64,000 nucleotides of DNA, from contig CAUJGQ010000128.1 of the NCBI GenBank assembly GCA_963170165.1, positions 14,833 to 78,832 on the forward strand, read 5' to 3'. The notes beneath the pieces were generated by a model, which saw only the letters and a program-made list of their open reading frames with translations, had not been told where the DNA came from and searched no databases. The translations under genes and the position numbers were made by a program. The DNA is from Chloroflexota bacterium (lineage in GTDB: Bacteria; Chloroflexota; Dehalococcoidia; CAUJGQ01). Below, piece after piece: positions 59,082 to 64,000 of the stretch (position 1 is the stretch's first letter; every line of letters starts with the position of its first letter).

Positions 59082-60254
59082 ATGACACGCCTGGAACTGG
59101 GGACGGTCCCAGAGCAAGTTGGCTGGCTGCCAGACACCATGCAGGCGGTCGTCATCCGCAAAGAGCGGGAAGGCGATCCCATGCAGGCGATGCAGATTGA
59201 AGATGTATCGCTACCGGCGCTGGGAGCGCGTGAGGTGTTGGTGCTGGTGATGGCCGCCGGTGTCAACTACAACGGAGTGTGGGCGGCCCGCGGCGCCCCC
59301 GTCTCCGTCTTCCGCATGCACAAGGAGCCATTCCACATCGCCGGCTCGGACATGTCCGGGATCGTGTGGGCCGTCGGCTCGGAGGTCACGCGCTGGAAGC
59401 CGGGTGACCACGTCGTCGCGCACTGCAACCAGAGTTGTGGCGAGTGCCCGGCCTGCAACGGCCTCGACCCGATGGCCTGCGAACAGCAGAAGATCTGGGG
59501 CTACGAGTCCAGTTGGGGGTCGTTCGCGCAGTTCGCCAAGGTCCAGGGACAGCAGCTTGTCCCGAAGCCAGCGGACATGTCGTGGGAGGACGCCGCCTCG
59601 TACGGGCTGACGTACTTCACTGCCTACCGGATGCTGGTCACCCAGGCCAAGATCCAGGCCGGTGAGAATATCCTTGTCTGGGGCGCCGCCGGCGGCCTGG
59701 GGGTGTTTGCGGGGCAGCTGGCCCAGCGGTACGGCGCCAATCCCATCGCCGTCGTCTCCTCCGCCGAGAAAGAAGCCCTGGTGCGCGAGCTCGGCGCCAC
59801 CATGGTGATCAACCGCCGTGGGTTTGACTTCGGCAAGATCGCTGGAGGTACGGAGGCCGAGAAGATCGCCGAGCAGCGCAAGTTCGGCAAGGCAATCCGT
59901 GACCTGACCGGCGGCAAAGACCCCGATGTCGTCTTCGAGCACGTGGGCAAGGATACGTTCTCAACCAGCGTGTTCGTGGTCAAGCGCTTCGGGAAGGTAG
60001 TGATCTGCGGCGCCACCTCCGGCTTTGACCTGGACTTTGACGTCCGCTACCTGTGGATGCGCCAGAAGCAGATCCTCGGCTCCCACTTCGCCAATGCCTA
60101 CGAGGCGAATCGGGCAAACGATCTGATCATCGCCGGCAAGATCCGGCCGGTCGTCGATGATGTCTTCTCGTTCGAGAGGACGGCTGAGGCACACCAGCTG
60201 ATGGCTGATAACAAGCACATGGGCAAGATGGTTATCCGCGTGCAAGCGTCGTAG
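59082..60254 (+). CDS. ccr: Crotonyl-CoA carboxylase/reductase (enoyl-CoA carboxylase/reductase)
   Basis: VMAAGVNYNGVWA, GSDMSG, KIWGYES..GSFAQF, LTYFTAYRML, WGAAGGLG, LWMRQKQILGSHFAN. Confidence 0.88.
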   Translation: MTRLELGTVPEQVGWLPDTMQAVVIRKEREGDPMQAMQIEDVSLPALGAREVLVLVMAAGVNYNGVWAARGAPVSVFRMHKEPFHIAGSDMSGIVWAVGSEVTRWKPGDHVVAHCNQSCGECPACNGLDPMACEQQKIWGYESSWGSFAQFAKVQGQQLVPKPADMSWEDAASYGLTYFTAYRMLVTQAKIQAGENILVWGAAGGLGVFAGQLAQRYGANPIAVVSSAEKEALVRELGATMVINRRGFDFGKIAGGTEAEKIAEQRKFGKAIRDLTGGKDPDVVFEHVGKDTFSTSVFVVKRFGKVVICGATSGFDLDFDVRYLWMRQKQILGSHFANAYEANRANDLIIAGKIRPVVDDVFSFERTAEAHQLMADNKHMGKMVIRVQAS

Positions 60255-60302
60255 ACGGCTCGGGCGGCATGCCCCGGCCACCTGCGCCGGGGCACCCATT
60301 CC

Positions 60303-60331
60303 TTGACCGTCGCCGTTGCGGCCGGTAGGAT
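60303..60331 (+). promoter_or_regulatory. Sigma70-type promoter TTGACC-N17-TAGGAT for the tRNA cluster
   Basis: Exact 17-nt spacer, 20 nt upstream of tRNA-Trp. Confidence 0.7.
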
Positions 60332-60350
60332 GCAATTCCGAACGCTGCAC

Positions 60351-60426
60351 AGGAGCGTAGCTCAGCTGGAAGAGCAGCGGTCTCCAAAACCGCCGGTCGG
60401 GGGTTCGAGTCCCTCCGCTCCTGCCA
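60351..60426 (+). tRNA. tRNA-Trp(CCA)
   Basis: AGGAGCG acceptor arm, GCGGT-CTCCAAA-ACCGC anticodon arm, CCA end. Confidence 0.95.
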
Positions 60427-60491
60427 GATTCCCGGTGCGTGCGCCCTGTTGCTAGGGTAGCCACTCGCTGTATCTGGACTATCGCGCTCAT

Positions 60492-60574
60492 GCCGAGGTG
60501 GTGGAATAGGCAGACACGCCATCTTGAGGGGGTGGTGCCCATTGGGCGTAGGAGTTCGAGTCTCCTCCTCGGCA
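60492..60574 (+). tRNA. tRNA-Leu(GAG)
   Basis: GCCGAGG acceptor arm, CCATC-TTGAGGG-GGTGG anticodon arm, long variable arm; CCA not encoded. Confidence 0.93.
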
Positions 60575-60608
60575 CCCACCAACTGACCCGTACGGTCGGT
60601 TGGAGTCT

Positions 60609-60679
60609 GGCGACGTAGCCAAGTGGCAAGGCAGAGGTCTGCAAAACCTCCATCACCGGTTCGAATCCGGTCGTCGCCT
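60609..60679 (+). tRNA. tRNA-Cys(GCA)
   Basis: GGCGACG acceptor arm, GAGGT-CTGCAAA-ACCTC anticodon arm, U73; CCA not encoded. Confidence 0.94.
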
Positions 60680-60782
60680 CCGTTTCTGACAGCCGGTTTC
60701 CTGCGTCCAGCGCGCTTCAGTAGCCCAGGCCTGCGCCTGCATGCTGCTAGGGCTGGGTGGAGGAGACCGGCTGTCGCGATCG

Positions 60783-60867
60783 TGGGGGGATGGCGGAACG
60801 GCAGACGCAGCCGACTTAAAATCGGCCGCTCCATGCGGGCGTGTGGGTTCGAGTCCCACTCCCCCTA
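60783..60867 (+). tRNA. tRNA-Leu(TAA)
   Basis: GCCGA-CTTAAAA-TCGGC anticodon arm, long variable arm, GTGGG-TTCGAGT-CCCAC T arm; 1:72 pair reads U:U. Confidence 0.9.
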
Positions 60868-60908
60868 CCGGATTCCTGCTCCGGCCGTTGTTGGCCGCCC
60901 GGGGCCGT

Positions 60909-60917
60909 TGCTATACT
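60909..60917 (+). promoter_or_regulatory. Extended -10 (TGcTATACT) for gatB
   Basis: 30 nt upstream of ATG 60948. Confidence 0.5.
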
Positions 60918-60947
60918 CAAGCCGCCGCTGGTGGAGGCCGGTTACCC

Positions 60948-62414
60948 ATGTCGCAGCCTGCAACCGCCTATGAGGTCGTCATCGGCCTGGAAGTGCACGC
61001 TCAGGTCGCCACCGCCAGCAAGATGTTCTGCCCCTGTCCGGCCACGTATGCTGGCGCCGCCCCCAACACCCACGTCTGTCCAATCTGTCTGGGGATGCCT
61101 GGCGTGCTGCCAGTGATGAACCGCGATGCCGTCGAGAAGACGCTGCTGTTCGCCCTGGCGTTGGGCTGCACTATCCCTCACGACAGCAAATTCGACCGCA
61201 AGAACTATCCCTATCCCGATCTGATGAAGGGCTATCAGATCTCGCAGTACGATATGCCCTTCTCGGTCAACGGCCACCTCGACGTTGATCTGCCCGATGG
61301 TACCGTCAAGCGGGTAGGAGTAACGCGCGTCCATCTCGAAGAGGACACCGCCATGCTGCGCCACGAGTCCGGCGCCGGCGGCGAGCGTTACTCAGTGGTC
61401 GACGTCAACCGAGCCGGTTCACCCCTGATGGAAATCGTATCCGAGCCGGACATGCGATCCCCAGAGGAGGCGCGTCGCTACCTGGAGATGCTGCGCGAGA
61501 TCCTTCGTTACACCGGTGTCAGCCGTGCCAACATGGAGGAGGGCAACTTCCGCTGCGATGCGAACATCTCGCTTCGGCGCTTCGGAGCCCCACAGTATGG
61601 CACCAAGGTCGAGATCAAGAACATGAACAGCTTCCGCTCGGTGCAAATGGCGCTGGAATACGAGGTGCGCCGCCAGAGCGAGATGCTGGACCGCGGCGAG
61701 CAGATCACCCAAGAGACGCGCGGCTGGCTAGAAGCCGAGCGTCGCACGGTTAGCCAGCGCTCGAAAGAACAGGCCCACGACTACCGCTACTTCCCCGAAC
61801 CGGATTTGCCACCGGTGCGGCCAGCCGCTGCCTGGATCGAGCAGCTGCGCGTAACGGTGCCGGAACTGCCGCAGACCAAGCGTCACCGCTTCGTGGAGCA
61901 GTACGGCCTGAGCGCGTATGACGCGAACCTACTGAGCACACCGCGGGCTCGGGCAGAGTTCTTCGAGCAGACGATTGCCATTGCCGGCGCGGCGCGCGCC
62001 AAACAGGTGAGCAACTGGCTGCTGGGCGATATCGCCCGGCTGCAGAACGCTCACGGACAGGAGTTTGAGCACATCACGATTGCGCCGGCGCAGGTGGCGG
62101 AGCTGATTGACCTGGTAGAGCGCCGCGTGCTCAACAGCACTACTGCCAAGGCGGTTCTGGAACGCATCTACACGTCCGGTGGTAGCCCGACCGCCGCGGC
62201 CAGCGATCTTGGCCTGGTGTCTGCACCTGCTGCCGGCCTCGATGCGCTCCTGGCGACGGTGATTGCCGCCAATCCCCGAGCGGTGACCGATTTCCGTGGC
62301 GGCAAGGCGAACGCCGTGCAGGCGTTGGTCGGTGCGGTGATGCGTGAAACACGCGGTACCGCCGATGCGGCTCAGGTGCGTGAGCTGCTGCTTGAGAAGC
62401 TCGCCCGTGACTAA
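60948..62414 (+). CDS. gatB: Asp-tRNA(Asn)/Glu-tRNA(Gln) amidotransferase subunit B
   Basis: [66 protein letters not shown]. Confidence 0.97.
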   Translation: MSQPATAYEVVIGLEVHAQVATASKMFCPCPATYAGAAPNTHVCPICLGMPGVLPVMNRDAVEKTLLFALALGCTIPHDSKFDRKNYPYPDLMKGYQISQYDMPFSVNGHLDVDLPDGTVKRVGVTRVHLEEDTAMLRHESGAGGERYSVVDVNRAGSPLMEIVSEPDMRSPEEARRYLEMLREILRYTGVSRANMEEGNFRCDANISLRRFGAPQYGTKVEIKNMNSFRSVQMALEYEVRRQSEMLDRGEQITQETRGWLEAERRTVSQRSKEQAHDYRYFPEPDLPPVRPAAAWIEQLRVTVPELPQTKRHRFVEQYGLSAYDANLLSTPRARAEFFEQTIAIAGAARAKQVSNWLLGDIARLQNAHGQEFEHITIAPAQVAELIDLVERRVLNSTTAKAVLERIYTSGGSPTAAASDLGLVSAPAAGLDALLATVIAANPRAVTDFRGGKANAVQALVGAVMRETRGTADAAQVRELLLEKLARD

Positions 62415-62477
62415 GCCGGCGCCGTCGGTTCGCCGCCGCGCGGGCGCGCGCTTCCGGCCTGCGATGGAGGCCGGGCG

Positions 62478-63812
62478 ATGAAGACCTGGCTACTGCGGGT
62501 GACCGATTCCGACCTGCGAACCTGGCTCGTGCCGGGGATGCACGTCAAGCGCTGGCTGGCGCTACTGGGCCTGGGCGTGGCGATCATGGGCCTGGGTATC
62601 GGGTACTTCCTGCGCGAGTTCTACACCACCGCCACCCTTCCCGACGTGTTCTACTACATCACCCTCCAGTTCATTCCTCGTTATGTGCGCGGCGCCCTGT
62701 TTGTGTGTGTGGCTAGCGGTCTGATTCTGCTGTCGGTGCTGAAGCTGGCGCATTCGCTCATACTGGCTGTGGACCGGCCGGGCGAGCGCGAGCCGTTGGC
62801 GAGGCGCGTATACAACTACCGGTTTCGGGTCAACGGGCCGCGTATCGTCGCCATCGGCGGCGGCACAGGGCTGTCCCGTTTGCTGCTCGGTCTCAAGCAG
62901 TACAGTGACAACCTGACGGCAATCGTCACGGTGGGCGATGACGGCGGCTCCTCGGGGCGGCTGCGTCAGGAGTTCAACGTCTTGCCGCCGGGAGATGTGC
63001 GCAACTGCATCGCCGCGCTGGCCGAAGCCGATGATGAGATGCGCAAGCTGTTCCAGTACCGCTTTGAGGAAGGCTCCGGTCTGGAAGGGCATAGTTTCGG
63101 GAACCTCTTCATCGTCGCGATGACCGCGATCAGTGGCAGCTTCGAGGAGGCGGTGCGCCATACCTCCCGCATCCTGGCCGTGCGCGGCCAAATCATCCCG
63201 CTGACGCCAGTGGATATCTGCTTGGGCGCCAAGCTGGACAACGGTGAAACCGTGTGGGGAGAGTCCCAGATCACCTATCAGGGCCGGCGCATCGAGCGGC
63301 TGTATCTGCGGCCGGAGGACGCCCATGCCTACCCAGAGGCGCTGGAGGCGATCAACACGGCCGACCTGATCATCATTGGTCCAGGTTCGCTGTACACCAG
63401 CGTGTTGCCTAATCTGCTGGTGGGCGATATCCGTGAAGCCGTGCGCACCGCTGCCGCCTTCAAGGTCTACGTCTCCAATGTCGCCACCCAGCATGGTGAA
63501 ACCGATGCGTTTGGCGTGGCGGAACACGTGCAGGCGATCATTGATCATGCCGGTAACGGGCTGATTGACTGCGTGCTCGCCAATGACAACATCACACGGG
63601 TACTACCCTCGGAGTGGCAGTCACGGCCGGTGCAGCCCTCCGGACCGTTGCCCAACGGTATCAGCCTGCGGCTCGCTGATGTGGTGCAGACCGACAAGCG
63701 CTATCACCATGATCCGGACAAGCTTGCGCAGGCGCTAATGCGTCTGTACGATGACCGAGAACAGTACGCCCTGGCGGCGATGCCGCGATCCGGCGTGCTC
63801 AATCCACCTTGA
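62478..63812 (+). CDS. yvcK: YvcK/CofD-related UDP-GlcNAc-binding gluconeogenesis morphogenetic factor with N-terminal TM region
   Basis: VAIGGGTGLS, TVGDDGGSSGRLR, PPGDVRNC, GHSFGNL, GPGSLYTSVLPNL, YHHDPDKLA. Confidence 0.92.
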   Translation: MKTWLLRVTDSDLRTWLVPGMHVKRWLALLGLGVAIMGLGIGYFLREFYTTATLPDVFYYITLQFIPRYVRGALFVCVASGLILLSVLKLAHSLILAVDRPGEREPLARRVYNYRFRVNGPRIVAIGGGTGLSRLLLGLKQYSDNLTAIVTVGDDGGSSGRLRQEFNVLPPGDVRNCIAALAEADDEMRKLFQYRFEEGSGLEGHSFGNLFIVAMTAISGSFEEAVRHTSRILAVRGQIIPLTPVDICLGAKLDNGETVWGESQITYQGRRIERLYLRPEDAHAYPEALEAINTADLIIIGPGSLYTSVLPNLLVGDIREAVRTAAAFKVYVSNVATQHGETDAFGVAEHVQAIIDHAGNGLIDCVLANDNITRVLPSEWQSRPVQPSGPLPNGISLRLADVVQTDKRYHHDPDKLAQALMRLYDDREQYALAAMPRSGVLNPP

Positions 63813-63823
63813 GAGCCGCGCCG

Positions 63824-64000
63824 GTGAGCATCGATACTGCCCTCAACGTTGCCCAGATTCTGATTTCGGCGCTGCTCGTCGCGGTGCTGCTGCTGCAGGC
63901 AAAGGGCTCAGGATTTGGCGCGGCACTGGGTGGCAGCACCAGCTCGACCTTCCGCACCCGCCGCGGCGTCGAGAAGACGCTGTTTCAGCTCACGATCGTG
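63824..64000 (+). CDS. secG: Preprotein translocase subunit SecG (5' part, runs off the window)
   Basis: Manual translation: MSIDTALNVAQILISALLVAVLLLQAKGSGFGAALGGSTSSTFRTRRGVEKTLFQLTIV. Confidence 0.9.
   Translation, partial: MSIDTALNVAQILISALLVAVLLLQAKGSGFGAALGGSTSSTFRTRRGVEKTLFQLTIV

Noticed and set aside
60688-60775. SRP (4.5S) RNA or tRNA-Sec identity for the spacer hairpin
   Set aside because: It lacks the SRP domain IV AGG/GGAA/AGCAG motif and the TCA anticodon and T-loop on both strands, so it is kept only as an unknown structure.

Overview
High-GC, gene-dense core-chromosome window. It is most likely from Chloroflexota, Dehalococcoidia-like (inferred from a Tat-lipoprotein family-5 solute-binding protein, the Ycf45/R3H ATPase context and the tRNA layout). 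It carries glcDEF, thrB-lysC, ilvA/tdcB, tmk, pdxST, a PyrR-attenuated pyrimidine operon (pyrR-pyrB-pyrC-carA-GNAT-carB-pyrK, with pyrD displaced about 5 kb), a Fur/metal ABC cluster without its binding protein, pckA, a class A PBP, a solo CIRCE-controlled groEL, CoA-transferases, crotonyl-CoA carboxylase/reductase, gatB, yvcK, a partial secG and six tRNAs. I found no CRISPR array, integrase or transposase. The best lead is a canonical c-di-AMP (ydaO/yuaA) riboswitch with its own promoter and terminator, controlling an uncharacterised small CxxC-CxxC protein. Other leads: anti-Shine-Dalgarno C-rich stem-loops resembling an sRNA, an NYN nuclease with a long Arg-rich disordered N-terminus, an orphan DpnA/CcrM-like DNA methyltransferase and a GNAT inside the pyr operon, a CoA-transferase-family protein lacking the catalytic Glu, and a degenerate membrane-anchored cyclophilin. 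All family calls come from motif recognition by eye; no database was searched.
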